Shown one piece after another: positions 24,652-37,779 of a stretch of DNA of 64,000 bases. The notes beneath the pieces are model-generated. The model searched no databases and had not been told where the DNA came from. It saw only the letters and a program-made list of their open reading frames with translations. This DNA comes from Zootoca vivipara (taxonomy: Eukaryota). The stretch lies in the NCBI RefSeq assembly GCF_963506605.1, contig NC_083283.1, positions 83,824,001 through 83,888,000 of the forward strand. Direction: 5' to 3'. Each line of letters starts with the position of its first letter. Position 1 is the first letter of the stretch. The translations under genes were made by a program, and so were the position numbers.

Positions 24652-27027
24652 CTGAATAGAAGATTCTGGGACCAGCTCCTTTGTATTCCCTACCTGTCCA
24701 GTCTCTGCAAACACAGGTATGTTGGGGGTGAAAACCATGAGGTCGCTTTTGGCATTGGAGTCTCCCGTGACGCCCCCTAAGATGTGACTGTGACGATTTG
24801 AATAGGACCAGCTGCCCACCTCACTGGCACACACCAGCGTGGCTGTTCCAGGACCATACACCACAGCCTCCTTAGGCCGGCAATGGCACCGCAGGGCCAT
24901 ATATGCAATGATGGCCAGCAGGAACAAGCTGGACACTGCACAGATGGCTATGATGAGGTAGGTGTTGATGTTCTCCGCCAGGGGACTGGGGCTCCCTCCC
25001 CTTCTGGGAAGCCGGGCATCAGCTGGGAGGGCCTGGACACTGGCCACCAACGAAATACTCAGTGTGGCGGTGGCTGACAAAGCAGGCTTCCCATGGTCCT
25101 TCACCACAACCAGCAAACTATGACTGCTGCTGCCCTCTGCCTCCTCCAGGGCACGTGTTGTACTGATCTCACCACTGTACAGTCCCACCCGCCAAAGCCT
25201 ACTGGACCCCTCATGCATCTCATAGCGCAGCCATGCGTTGTAGCCAGAGTCAGCATCCAGGGCACGAATCTTGCCCACCACATGCCCAGCTGTCAGGGGG
25301 ACCACCAGCAGGCTGGGAGCCTCCTCTACTGGTACAGTCACAGCTGGCGCATTGTCGTTCTCATCCACCACAAAGACTTGCACCGTCACATTGCCACATA
25401 GGGAGGGCAGCCCAGCATCCTTGGCCCTCACTTGGAACTCCAGCAGCTTCACCTCCTCGTAGTCCAAGGGCTGAAGAGCATAGAGCTTCCCACTTTCTGA
25501 GTGCACCGAGATGTAGCTCGACAGGGGCCAGAGCTTCTCATCCAGCCAGTAGCTGATCAGGCTGTTCTCAGCCACATCGGGGTCCGAGGCAGACACCGTG
25601 AAGATGTGAGCACCGGGTGGGTTGTTCTCCTTCACAAAGACCGTGTAGGAAGACTGGGCAAAAGCAGGAGCGTTGTCGTTCACATCGCCAATGGGTACCA
25701 CCAGGGTGCTGCTGGTTGATAGCGATGGAGTCCCTTGATCCTGGGCAGTCACTACCAGCTTGTATTCTGCTTCCTGCTCCCGGTCCAAGGGCTCAGCCAC
25801 CACCAGAGAGTAGTAATTCTTGAAAGTGGACAATAGCTTGAAGGGCAGCTGGGAGGGTGTCACAGAGCAGCTCACTTTCCCGTTAGCCCCAGAGTCCCTG
25901 TCTGAGATGCTGATCAGAGCCACCACTGTCCCTGGTGGGGAGTCCTCTGCAACTGGCACAGATAGAGACTTCAGTGACATCTCAGGGCTATTGTCATTCA
26001 CATCCAAGACTTGTATCAAAAGTTTGCAGTCTCCTTCCATTGGTGCATGCCCCTTATCGGTGGCTTCTATTTGAATTTCATACAAATTAATTTCTTCAAA
26101 ATCTAGCTTTTCTTTTAACCTGATCTCCCCTGTATTCTGATCAATCTCAAACATAGTTTGAATAGTTGAAGGCAAAGGTCTTTTAAAGCGGTAAGTAATC
26201 TCCTTGTTAATGCCCTCATCAATATCTGTTGCTTCTAACTTTACAACAAGAGTCCCAATAGCTGAACTTTCTAGTATACTCACTTCATAAACTGACTGAT
26301 TAAAGACAGGTCTGTTATCATTAACATCCAGCACAGTTATCACCAGCTGTACTGTTCCTGTGAGTTCTGGTTGACCCCCGTCTGTTGCTGTAAGCAGTAA
26401 ATGGTGCAGAGAGATGTCCTCTCTGTCCAAAGTCCTTCTTAAAACAAGCTCTGGTAGAAGGCTTTTAGCTTGCTTATCCTGAGTGCCCAGAGAAAAGTAT
26501 TCATTTGAGCTGATACTGTATGCAATAAGGGCATTTTTACCAATGTCTGCATCTGAAGCACTTTGTAGAGAGAAGCGAGAACCATATGCTGTCGATTCTG
26601 ATATAAAAAGATTTAATATATTTACAGAGAAAGTGGGGGCATTGTCATTTATATCCTTGATTTCCACCTCTACGTGGAAGACCCTCAAAGGTTTGTCCAC
26701 AATCACCTCCAGGTGAACAGCACACAAAGGGCTCTTGCCACACAGCTCCTCCCTGTCTATCCGGGAGTTAACAAACAAAATGCCATTCTGAACATTTACC
26801 TCAAAATAGTTCCTATGATCTGCAGACTCCATCCTGAACATCCGAGGCACCAGCTCATCCATCTCCAGCCCCAGATCCTGGGCAATACGGCCCACAAAGG
26901 TGCCATGCTGGGATTCCTCCGGCACAGAATAATGGAGCTGGCCGCTCCCCAATTCCCAGGCTGTGTGGAGAAGAACCAGCTGCAACAGCCTCCGCCTCAC
27001 CAAGGAGCCTAGTTTCCAAACATCCAT
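24652..27027 (-). CDS. PCDHA: Protocadherin-alpha variable exon (792 codons)
   Basis: Full architecture; donor CAG|GTGAGT at 24652/24651. Confidence 0.97.
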
Positions 27028-27239
27028 TTTTAAAAATGCATCCGGAGCACAGAGGAATACACACAGTCTTGTTCCTTTCAGGAGTACAAATAAGATAGAA
27101 ATTGACGTGTGTCTACCTTAAATGTTCATTTCTGTTCCTATGCTGAGCAGTCATGATGGTTAATTTACTTGCCGCAGATCTCTGCACAAAGGAAGGAGGA
27201 GCTGACTTTTCCAGTCCTCTGACACTATTTTTTACCAAA

Positions 27240-27257
27240 CAGCGACACCGTGTGATT
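27240..27257 (-). promoter_or_regulatory. CSE / promoter CTCF site
   Basis: Minus strand AATCACACGGTGTCGCTG, ~215 bp upstream of the ATG. Confidence 0.85.
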
Positions 27258-29584
27258 GAACTTTTAAATACTGAAAAGATTGTGTACTTGTCATCTGACC
27301 TTAGGCATTATGTTATAATGTATGTTATAACTCTGATTTCACAGAACTCTTTCAATTAAGTAAATTTTACACTGCATTTTAATTTATTAGCCATCCAGCT
27401 TTCCTTTAAAAGGGTTGCTGGCCTTGGGTATTTTGATGCATGTTCAGTGCTGGCATCGACATGTCTTGAAGCCTTGGTGGTAGTAGTTTGCTCTGGCAGG
27501 ATGGCTGTTTCAGAACTGCTTTGGTCCATTTTAGGGCATTAGTTTTATTTGCCCTGGATTGTGGAGGTGGATATTCTGCAAACTGTCTGCAGTGTTCTGT
27601 TCTACATTACTTGGAGAGAGAAAATCTTGGGCTCATTCATACTTAGCACCAGAGGTGTGGGACCCTGTTTCCATGAAGCATTTGTGTGGAAAGGAACAAC
27701 ATCATTGACCACACCAATTTCATTCAAACACATATTCCTAGAATAGCATAATTGGGGAACAGCTCTTCCATTATTCACCCCGAATACCATTTGTCTAATT
27801 CAGCTAGGTTCTGTGATAAATAACTGCTTGGTTGGCTTGTGTCTGAGGGTTTATCCACTTTTCCTCTGCTCTTTCCAGGCACAGTCCGCGCTTTGTCTAA
27901 GTGTCCCCCACTTTTTTAACTTCAGAGCTTTCCCTGCGAAAACCTGCTCTTTAAAGCTCAATCAGAGCAAATGGCAATCCACAGAAAACCTGAATTGACA
28001 TTTGCTCCTACTGAGCGCTAAAGAGCGGGTTTTCATGAGGAAAGCTCCAGGGCAAAAACAAATGCTTGGACACAGAGCTTTTAAGCATGGACCTGTGCCT
28101 GGAAAGAGTGAGGAAAGGGTAGGCGTGGATAAGGCTTGAGTCCTTATCAGCCAAGTGGCTGACTGTTCTGATTTTCACACCAAGCTTGGGAAGCTAGGAA
28201 AACTGCCTGGAAGCAGCATATGTTACGTTGTGCCAAAACAGTTGCACAGAATAAAGGAAAATATATCATGGTGCTCCCACATTTCTCTCAGGGGACTCAC
28301 GAGATTTCCCCCTACATGACAATAACTGGAAACCTGAGACTTCAGCTTGAGTGCAGCTCCATCCAAAACAGGCTGAACAAATGCCCTCAATCAAATGTAC
28401 TTCCATCTTGTCTAGATTAAGCCCTCAACACCCCCCCCCCACCAGCCATTTGACAACTTTATTTATGCCTTGGGAAAATATAGTATAATACCATCTACAT
28501 AAACAGCATAGAGACCACCTTAAAGAAAAGGCTACAAACAACGTGGAATCCAACCCCATTAGCATCCACCAGTTGCTTTCCTTCCAGATCAAGAGCTTAA
28601 GGTAAGTCATGTTTGCTGTTGTGCAGTTTATTTAAAATTACAAAAAAATAAATGCAACCCTTTGTGAAGGCAACCCCAGATCCTAGGAAACTTTCAAAAG
28701 AGAAGGTCCCAATTTACACCATACAATATATTAGGTAGATATGAAGGTGTACCTACCTTGTAGATACTGAAATTACTTCAGGCACTTCTGCTTTTCCTGT
28801 TAGATAGTTATATGAGATACATTATCTATGCTCAATGAAGTCTATTGGAAGTTAATGCCGTTCTTTACCATATACAAAGAGATTATTTGTATAGAATGGA
28901 GTAATTTTCCTTTCCAGCTTCTCGATATGCTCTCACTAAGTGAATCAGTGGCATGACGTGATGGTCTGCATTGGTCTACCAAAAGGTCATAGGTGCATCT
29001 TTTATGCTTCTCCAGAGCTTGTCCACAGGTTTATAGTCACAGTGTGTGTGAGCAGAAAGATTTAAATTCTACCTGAGGGCTCTGCCAAGAACTTTGATGG
29101 TTGTAGTACACAGCAAAGGTGATGGAAGAAGCCCCTGTGCAGTGCCTCTTTGAATGGAAAGCTCTCTGAGAAATGACAATTGATGTTACTTGCACTATTG
29201 ATCGCACTGTAGTGTGGTGATGACTTTAAAACGACTGACTTCTATTCATTCTTAAGAGAAAATGTTTTAGAATAGTTCAGTCCAGCTAATCAAAGGCTTT
29301 TTCAGTATCTAGCATCAAAGGTGTATTATACATTATATTTAGCATATGTTTTATATCGTCAGTTAGTTCCTTACATGGAACAAAAAGATTAAAAGTAGTT
29401 TTGCCCTTTCCCTGTCTGCAGATTCTGCATCCAAATCATGTAGGACAGGTTGCCTTCCTCCCTGTGGTGTTAAAAAATGCATATATATGGGTTCTTCTGG
29501 AGAAAGTAAAAAAATAAAAAGGATACCTTTGAGCACATGCAGAACACTCATCCCTCAATATGGAGTACACTAAAAGCAGGATCA

Positions 29585-29939
29585 GGGACCCAGGTGGCTC
29601 TGTGGGTTAAACCACTGAGCCTAGGGCTTGCTGATCAGAAGGTCAGAGGTTCAAATCCCTGTGACGGGGTGAGCTCCCGTTGCTTGGTCCCAGCTCCTGC
29701 CAACCTAGCAGTTCGAAAGCACATCAAAATGCAAGTAGATAAATAGGGGCCACTACAGTGGGAAGGTAAACGGCGTTTCCGTGTGCTGCTCTGGTTTGCC
29801 AGAAGTGGCTTTGTCATGCTGGCCACATGACCTGGAAGCTATACGCCGGCTCCCTCGGCCAATAATGCGAGATGAGCGTGCAACCCCAGAGTCGGTCACG
29901 ACTGCACCTAATGGTCAGGGGTCCCTTTACCTTTACCTT
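29585..29939 (+). mobile_element. Full-length Sauria SINE
   Basis: tRNA-like head (gggacccaggtggc..., ggttcaaatccc), body gcaagtagataaatagg and (TTTACC)n tail. Confidence 0.92.
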
Positions 29940-30786
29940 AAAAGCAGGATCAGCTGGACACAGTATGTGAGAGACAACCTTCCAAGACAGAGAACGTGGC
30001 ATGGTATCTGTGTCAGAGGAGGTAGTTGCACTGCTCTCTCCGGGTTAGATCTTATATTTGTGTGGCACACGTATTTCCATTTTTCATTCATTACTTGTCA
30101 ACCCACACCAAAATATTTGCATAACGTTTGAATCCATCAGTACACTATCAATTTACAAATAATATTCAGAAAGATGACTCTTCAATCTAAAGTTGCAATT
30201 TCACAAGCCTTTTTTCCAAAAACCTTTTCAAAGAGTTATCATCAGCATCAATTATTTCAAGAGGATGATGTGATTGCCTTATTCATGACATCAGGAGGTT
30301 TCCTTGTGTGTTTGGCAGGGGGGGAGGTTAAAACAAGAAGGGGAATTAAAACTCAATTCTCCCTCACTATGTTATTGGTCAGGTAGAATGCTCATGCACT
30401 GAGGAAATACCAAAAGTCATTCTCACAATACAACAGAAAATGATTTTTTTTCTTTTCTTTTTGCTATTCTGTTAGGCCATGAAAAAGAGTCTGATACTGT
30501 TCCATCTGAAGGGGGCCAAAGATAAAAACCAGATTCATGAAAATCTCGTAAAGGAAGTCTTATGCTGCTTCCATACCTCTTATTGTAGTGCATAAATGTT
30601 TGTATCATTGCTTTTAGACCAAAAGAGAAGCCCAAAAGATATTATAAACCATTAGAATCCACTAAAATGTCTTGGGCGGAACTGGTAATTATTTACTGTA
30701 TTTTAAAAATAAAACAGATGAAAATTATTTACACAAACATCATAACACAAATATGCATAATAAAATAGTTCAGAAAGGGCACTAAC

Positions 30787-33144
30787 CGTGGCACAGAGCA
30801 GATCCTGCTGCTTCCCATTCTCCACAATGGAAGGAATACCAGGACTGAAAACCATCAGATCATTTTTGGCACCAGGCTCCCCGCTTGCAGCTGCCAGGAT
30901 GTGGCTGTGGCGATTGGAATAGGACCAGCTGCCCACCTCACTGGCACAAACCAGTGTGGCTGTGCCAGGGCCATACACCACGGGCTCCTTGGGTTGACAC
31001 TGACACCGCAGAGCCATGTATACTATAATCACAAGCAGGAACAAGCTGGATACTGAGCAGATAGCAACTATCAGGTAGATGTTGACATTGTCCACCAGTG
31101 GCTTTGGACTCCCTCCCATTCTAGGAAGGTGAGCATCCCTATGGATTACCTGAGTGCTTGCCACAAATGACACACTCAATGTGGCTGTAGTGGACAGTGC
31201 TGGCTTGCCGTGATCCTTCACAAGCACTAGCACACTCTGGCTGCTGCTGCTGCCCTCCATCTCATCCAGGGCTCGTGTTGTACTAATCTCACCGCTGTAC
31301 AGTCCCACACGCCAAGGGCCTCTGGTTGCCTCATGCAGTTCATAGCGCAGCCATGCATTGTAGCCTGAGTCAGCATCCAGGGCATGGACCTTGCCCACCA
31401 CATGTCCAGCCAAGACAGGGGCTACCAGCAGAGCAAGGGACACCTCTTCTGGCCTCGATACCGCAGGCACATTGTCATTCTCATCCACCACAAAAACTTG
31501 TATTGTGACGTTGCCACATAAAGGGGGGAATCCAGCATCCTTGGCTCTCACCTGGAACTCCAGCAGCTTCACTTCCTCATAGTCCAAGGGTTGCAAAGCA
31601 TAGACCTTCCCACTCTCTGAGTGCACTGAGATGTAGCTTGACAATGACCAAAGCTTCTCATCCAGCCAGTAGCTGACAAGGGCATTCTCACCTATGTCTG
31701 GGTCTAAGGTGGACACTGTGAAGATGTGAGCACCTGGTGGGTTGTTCTCCTTCACAAAGACCGTGTAGGAGGGCTGAGGAAAAGTAGGTGCATTGTCATT
31801 CACATCACCGATGGGCACCACAAGGCTGCTGCTAGCTGACAGTGATGGAGTCCCTTGGTCTTGGACTGTCACCACCAGCCTGTATTCAGCCACCTCTTCA
31901 CGGTCCAGGGATTCAGCCAGCACCAGTGAGTAGTAATTCTTAAAGGTAGATACCAGCTTGAAAGGAAGCACCATAGGCCACAGAGAGCAGGTCACTTGCC
32001 CATTGACCCCAGCATCCCTGTCGGAGATACTGATTGAGGCTGCAATTGTCCCCAGTGAAGAATCCTCTGGAACTGGTACCAACAGGAACGTCACTGACAC
32101 CTCTGGAATATTATCATTCACATCCAGAATTCCTATTAAAACCTTGCAGTGTCCAGACAAGGGGTAACCACCTTTATCTGTTGCTTCTGCTCGAATTTCA
32201 TACGAATTAGTGTCCTCATAATCCAATTCATTATTCAGTAAAATTTGTCCAGTATTTGGATCTATCCTAAACATGGTACTTGATTTAGCTGGGATTACAC
32301 TACGAATAGAGTATGTAATGTCTCTATTGATGCCATCATCCAAATCAGTGGCATTGAGCTTAACCACTGATGACCCAATGGAAGCATTTTCTAACATTTG
32401 TACCTTGTACACTGACTGGTTAAAGACAGGAGGGTTATCATTCACATCAACCACTGTGATCACCAGCTGAACTGTTCCTGTTAGCACAGGTTGGCCACCG
32501 TCCGTTGCTGTGAGCAGTAAGCGATGCACAGAAATATCTTCTCTGTCTAATGGCTTTGTTATTACAAAGCCCAAGGAATTATCCTCATTGCTCCTTCGAA
32601 AATCTAACATGAAATGTTCACTGGGGCTGAGGTGGTAAGTTAACTGTGCATTTGTACCAACATCAGCATCTAAGGCTCCCTCTAGAGGGAAAATGGATCC
32701 TGCAAGTCTTGATTCAAGAATGGACAGATTTTCCTCACTTGCTGAGAAAACAGGGGCATTGTCGTTTATGTCTGCAATCTCTACTTCCACATGGAAGATC
32801 CTCAGGGGGTTATCCACAATCACCTCCAGGTGAATGGCACATACAGGGTTCTTGATACAAAGCTCCTCCCTGTCCATCCTAGAATTCACAAACAAGATTC
32901 CATTTTGCACATTTACCTCTAAATAATCCTTGTGCTCTTTGGAAACTATCCTGAACATCCGAGGCACCAGCTCACTCACCTCCAGCCCCAGGTCCTGGGC
33001 AATGCGGCCCACAAAGGTGCCATGCTGGGATTCCTCCGGCACAGAATAATGGAGCTGGCCGCTCCCCATTTCCCAGGCTGTGTGAAGAAGGACCAACTGC
33101 AGCAGCTGTTTCCTCACCGAGTAGTCTCTCCAAGGAACAACCAT
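30787..33144 (-). CDS. PCDHA: Protocadherin-alpha variable exon (786 codons)
   Basis: Full architecture; donor ACG|GTTAGT at 30787/30786. Confidence 0.97.
32675..32688 (-). promoter_or_regulatory. Exonic CTCF site (eCBS)
   Basis: CCTCTAGAGGGAGC in the FPLEGA codons. Confidence 0.65.
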
Positions 33145-33314
33145 CTCAAATATATTCCTTTGAATCCCCCTCAGTTACGTACAATATTGGAGGGGGTGTT
33201 ATTCCAGCTTGCTATTATCCTTTGTGCTCCTTCACTTTTGGTGCTGCCTATTTTCTGATGACAGCAAGGAGGAGGAGCTCTCCTATGAGCCTGCAAGAGG
33301 CATTTAACAGTAAA

Positions 33315-33332
33315 GAGTGACACCCTGTGAAG
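33315..33332 (-). promoter_or_regulatory. CSE / promoter CTCF site, CACT variant
   Basis: Minus strand CTTCACAGGGTGTCACTC, ~170 bp upstream of the ATG. Confidence 0.75.
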
Positions 33333-35197
33333 AAATTTAAAAATGCAATTCTTGCAATATTTGTTTGGGCTTTTTTTTGTTTTCTGGTGTTCTTTATTCT
33401 TCTAGTGTTCTTATGCTTCTTTAAATGTATGTGAAGATAGTCATATTTATCATTGTAAGCATTTGACATAAGATTTGTGTGTATGTGGATATATAATTAC
33501 TCCTGTGTGGCAGCAGTTTTTTAGGATCGCATTCCTGCCTTTGAGAATTTCCATTCTTAAAAGTTTATGTTGTACAAATGTGGGTATGTTTTCATTCATG
33601 TTAAAGAAAGATGATTCACTTTAACAGTGGGGAAGAAAGTGGGGGTAGAGATGAAAGAAAAATGGGAAATGTGAGAAAGAGAAGCACTATGGTCATGATA
33701 GACCAAGTGGAACATTGTTACATTCCAAAAAGATAATAGCATGAGAGCCAATAATCACAGGCTCCCCAAACTACTGAAGACGATACAGTGGGTGTACCTT
33801 TTCTTCACTGTTCTTATTTACATACTTTTGTGCCATACTGCTTCTGAGCACAAATGATTCTATGATTCTATCTTTTCCTTTATTCTTCAGGTGGATACAC
33901 TAACAGTATGAGAACACACTTTATTTGTGCATTATGCGGCGTCCCATTTGGGTATGTGCTGTGTCAAGAATCTGTATAATATACAAATAAGATTCATGGA
34001 TCTAAGATCTCTTGTGAACGGAGATATCCCTCCTGTTTGTGTTTCACTGTTTTAGACCATGCAAATGATATGCTAAAGGCTAGTAATTTGAATTGCTACC
34101 TCTTGAATGGTGTGCTAATGAATTTGTTGCTGTTTTCATTCTGTTTGCTCTGCCAGTGTCTGGCCTGGGCTTCAAGAACAGTAAAACGTAATTGTGGTTG
34201 CCAGTTTGTGAGTGATGTGGTTGAGCATGTTCAGACATTGATGTTATCACATATTGCTTTGTTCTGGTTTTGGGGATCTGCACATATCCATTGGCAGAAG
34301 AGCTTTGCTTTTCTCCTACAACCATGTAAAGATCCTTCAGCCTTCTCATTCATGCTTTGCTGCTCCATAGGCTAAAGTTCCTTCTTTGTCTTCCATGTGA
34401 TGGCAAGGGGCAACCACTGATGTGCGTGAACACAACCCTGTGTTTGAAAGTAGTTTGACTTTGATTCATCCCAGGAAACATCTTAGATCCACAACCAAGT
34501 CAAGAAATCATTTGAGAATTTGCTTGCTAATGAATTTGTCAGTCAGTTCTAATCTCAGAAAGATTTTTAAAATCAAGTTTAGGGGTGGTAGGTTCTTCAG
34601 TCTTGGGAGAGTCCTGGATGCCTTTTGCTTGCCTACCTGCCTGCTTGCACAACATGCTATTGCAAAGAAGTTTGCTTATGGTACTTCCTACATATCTTCC
34701 ATAGCGCTGGGTATTCATCTTGAGTTAGACGCTATGAGGCACATCTCTTGCAAACATGGAGAGTTTGTGTGTTTAATGAGAATGTTGCTATTGCCTTCTT
34801 GCATGATTTGCATAATTACTACAATATTATTTCAAACAGCAATGCTGCCCAATATCTTTAAATCTCTTTTCCTGATCAAAGCCCATGGCATTCTGCAAAG
34901 CTCAGTGTATTCTTTGATTTCCTGGTCAGAGCTCAAAATATTCTGCATGACTATATATTCAAGTAACATGTTTTATAATAAGCAGAAATTATTCCATCAA
35001 GTTGTGTTCTGTGCTGGAATTCCCTGACCCATGTGGCTAATTTATAACCAAGGCTATATATTACTCTTCTACCACCAAGAGAATGAACAAACAGATTAAA
35101 CATTGAAATCATGCTATTATATCCAAGTGAGTATTTGAAACATACTCCCAAGACAGGTACATCACAGGACAAACTGAAATGAATAATAGAGACTCAC

Positions 35198-37567
35198 CTG
35201 CCCAGATGAATTAGGGACCACCTCCGTCATAATCCCTACATCCCCATTCTCTGCAAAGAAAGGAATGTTGGGGCTGAAAACCATGAGATCACTTTTGGCT
35301 CCAGCCTCTCCACTCATTCCTGCCAAAATGTGGCTATGGCGATTTGAGTAAGACCAACTGCCCACTTCGCTTGCACACACCAGCGTGGCTGTGCCGGGAC
35401 CATACGCCATGGTCTCCTCTGCTTGCCTCTGGAATCGCTGAGCCACATATAAGATGACTGCAAGCAGGAACAAGCTGGACACTGAGCAGATGGCAATGAT
35501 TAGGTAGATGTTGACCTTGTCCACCAGGGGTCCTGAACTACCTCCCATCCTGGGAAGATGGACATCATCATGGAACATCTGGGTGTTTGCCACCAAGGAC
35601 ACACTCAATGTAGTTGTAACGGATCGCGGTGGCTTCCCATGGTCCTTCACCAACACCAGCAAACTATGGCTGCTGCTGCCCTCTACATCATTCAGGGCAC
35701 GTCTGGTACTTATCTCACCACTGTACAGTCCCACTTGCCAGGGTCCACTGGTCAATTCATGCAGCTCATAGCGTAGCCATGCATTGTAGCCTGAGTCAGC
35801 ATCTAGGGCATGGATCTTGCTCACTAAGTGGCCAGCCATGACAGGGATCGCCAGCTTGACAGGGGCCTCCCCTTGTCCAGATACTGTTGGGTCGTTGTCA
35901 TTGTCATCCACCACAAACACCTGCACTGTCACATTGCTGCACAAAGAGGGCAGCCCAGCATCCTTGGCTCTCACCTGGAATTCCAGCAACTTCATCTCCT
36001 CATAGTCTAAGGACTGCAGTGCATAGATCTTGCCGCTTTCTGAGTGCACCGAGATGTAGCTTGACAGAGACCAGAGCTTCTCATCAAGCCAATAGCTGAC
36101 TAGGGCGTTCTCAGCCATGTCTGGATCTGAGGCAGACATTGTAAAGATATGGGCACCAGGTGGATTATTCTCCTTCACAAAGACTGTATAGAATGGCTGA
36201 GCAAAAGCAGGTGCATTGTCATTCACATCACTAATGGGCACCACTAGGCTGCTACTTGCTGATAGTGAGGGAGCCCCTTGATCCTGGGCCACAACCACCA
36301 GTCCATACTCAGCCACCTGCTCTCGATCCACAAGTTCAGCTAGCACTAGTGAGTAGTAATTTTTGAAGGTGGGCACCAGCTTGAATGGAAGCCCAGTGGG
36401 CCACAGAAAGCAGCTCACTTGCCCATTGGATCCGGAATCCCTGTCTGAGATGCTGATCAGGGCTACCACTGCCCCTGGCGAGGAGTCTTCAGGCAATGGC
36501 ACTAGCATGGACTTCAATGACATCTCGGGAGCATTGTCATTTACATCTAAAATTTCAATAAGGATAGTGCAGTGCCCAGACAAAGGTGGGCTACCTCCAT
36601 CTTTTGCCTCAATTTCAACATTATACATATTAATATCTTCAAAATCCACTTTCCCTTTTACCCTGATCTCACCTGTATCCGACTGTATACTAAATATATT
36701 GGAAGGAACATTATTACTGAAGGAGTAGGTGATTTCCTTATTACTTCCTTCATCTAAGTCTGTTGCATTGAGATGAATAACCAATGTTCCATCTGCCACA
36801 TTTTCTAACAATTTCACTTTATAAACAGATTGGTTAAATACAGGTGCATTGTCATTTGCATCCATCACAGTGATCTCAAGATGGACTGTGCCTGTGAGTT
36901 CTGGTTGACCCCCATCAGTAGCTGTTAGCACTAAATGGTGCACAGGGATTTTCTCTCTGTCCAGAGGTTTATTTAAAACAAGTACCAATGACACACTCTG
37001 CTGGTCATTTATTTTTTCTTCAACAACAAAATATTCTGTGGAATTAAGCTTGTACTTGAGTTGAGCATTAACACCAACATCTGCATCCGAGGCTCCCTTC
37101 AGAGGAAAACGTGTACCAGGCAACATTAATTCTGCAACACTGAGGGACTGTTTACTTTCCAAGAAAACAGGAGAATTGTCATTTATGTCCTTGATTTCCA
37201 CCTCTACATGGAAGACCCTCAGAGGCTTGTCCACAATCACCTCCAGGTGAACAGGGCACAAAGGGCTCTTGTTACACAGCACCTCCCTGTCTATCCGGGA
37301 ATTAACAAATAAAATCCCATTCTGGACATTTACCTCAAAAGAGTCCCCATGATCTTCAGACTCCATCCGGAACATACGAGGCATGAGCTCCTCCACCTCC
37401 AGCCCCAGATCCTGGGCAATGCGGCCCACGAAGGTGCCATGCTGGGATTCTTCAGGCACGGAATAATGGAGCTGGCCGCTCCCCATCAACCAGACTGTGT
37501 GAAGCAAAATCAGCTGCAGCAGCTTCCTTCTCCCCACTGAGGAAGAGTCTCCCCATAGAGCAACCAT
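35198..37567 (-). CDS. PCDHA: Protocadherin-alpha variable exon (790 codons); most 5' intact alpha exon in the window
   Basis: Full architecture; donor CAG|GTGAGT at 35198/35197; no further intact exon seen in the 26 kb upstream. Confidence 0.97.
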
Positions 37568-37761
37568 CTCAGAAATATTTCATATAACTCCCCTCTTTTA
37601 TGAAATATCTCTGGGGGGGGGACATTGAAAGAATCTAAATCCAGCCTGCTGATATACCTTTTCTTCCTCCAATTATAAGAACGGGAATGATCTCTGGTGA
37701 TGACAAAGCAGTGGAAGAGCCTTTTGTTCCCCTTTCATTCGCAGCAAGTTACTTAAGCAGA

Positions 37762-37779
37762 GAGCGACATCATGCGACT
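37762..37779 (-). promoter_or_regulatory. CSE / promoter CTCF site
   Basis: Minus strand AGTCGCATGATGTCGCTC, ~195 bp upstream of the ATG. Confidence 0.85.

Noticed and set aside
28690-29250. Possible further cadherin relic (VKNGI-like peptide)
   Set aside because: A single weak motif without collinear support.
34422-35027. 201-aa plus-strand ORF
   Set aside because: GTG start, no recognisable domain, AT-rich intronic composition.
14-37540. Recurrent plus-strand ORFs inside the Pcdh exons (e.g. ...[19 protein letters not shown]...)
   Set aside because: Antisense shadows of conserved cadherin codons; they recur only because the sense exons are paralogous.
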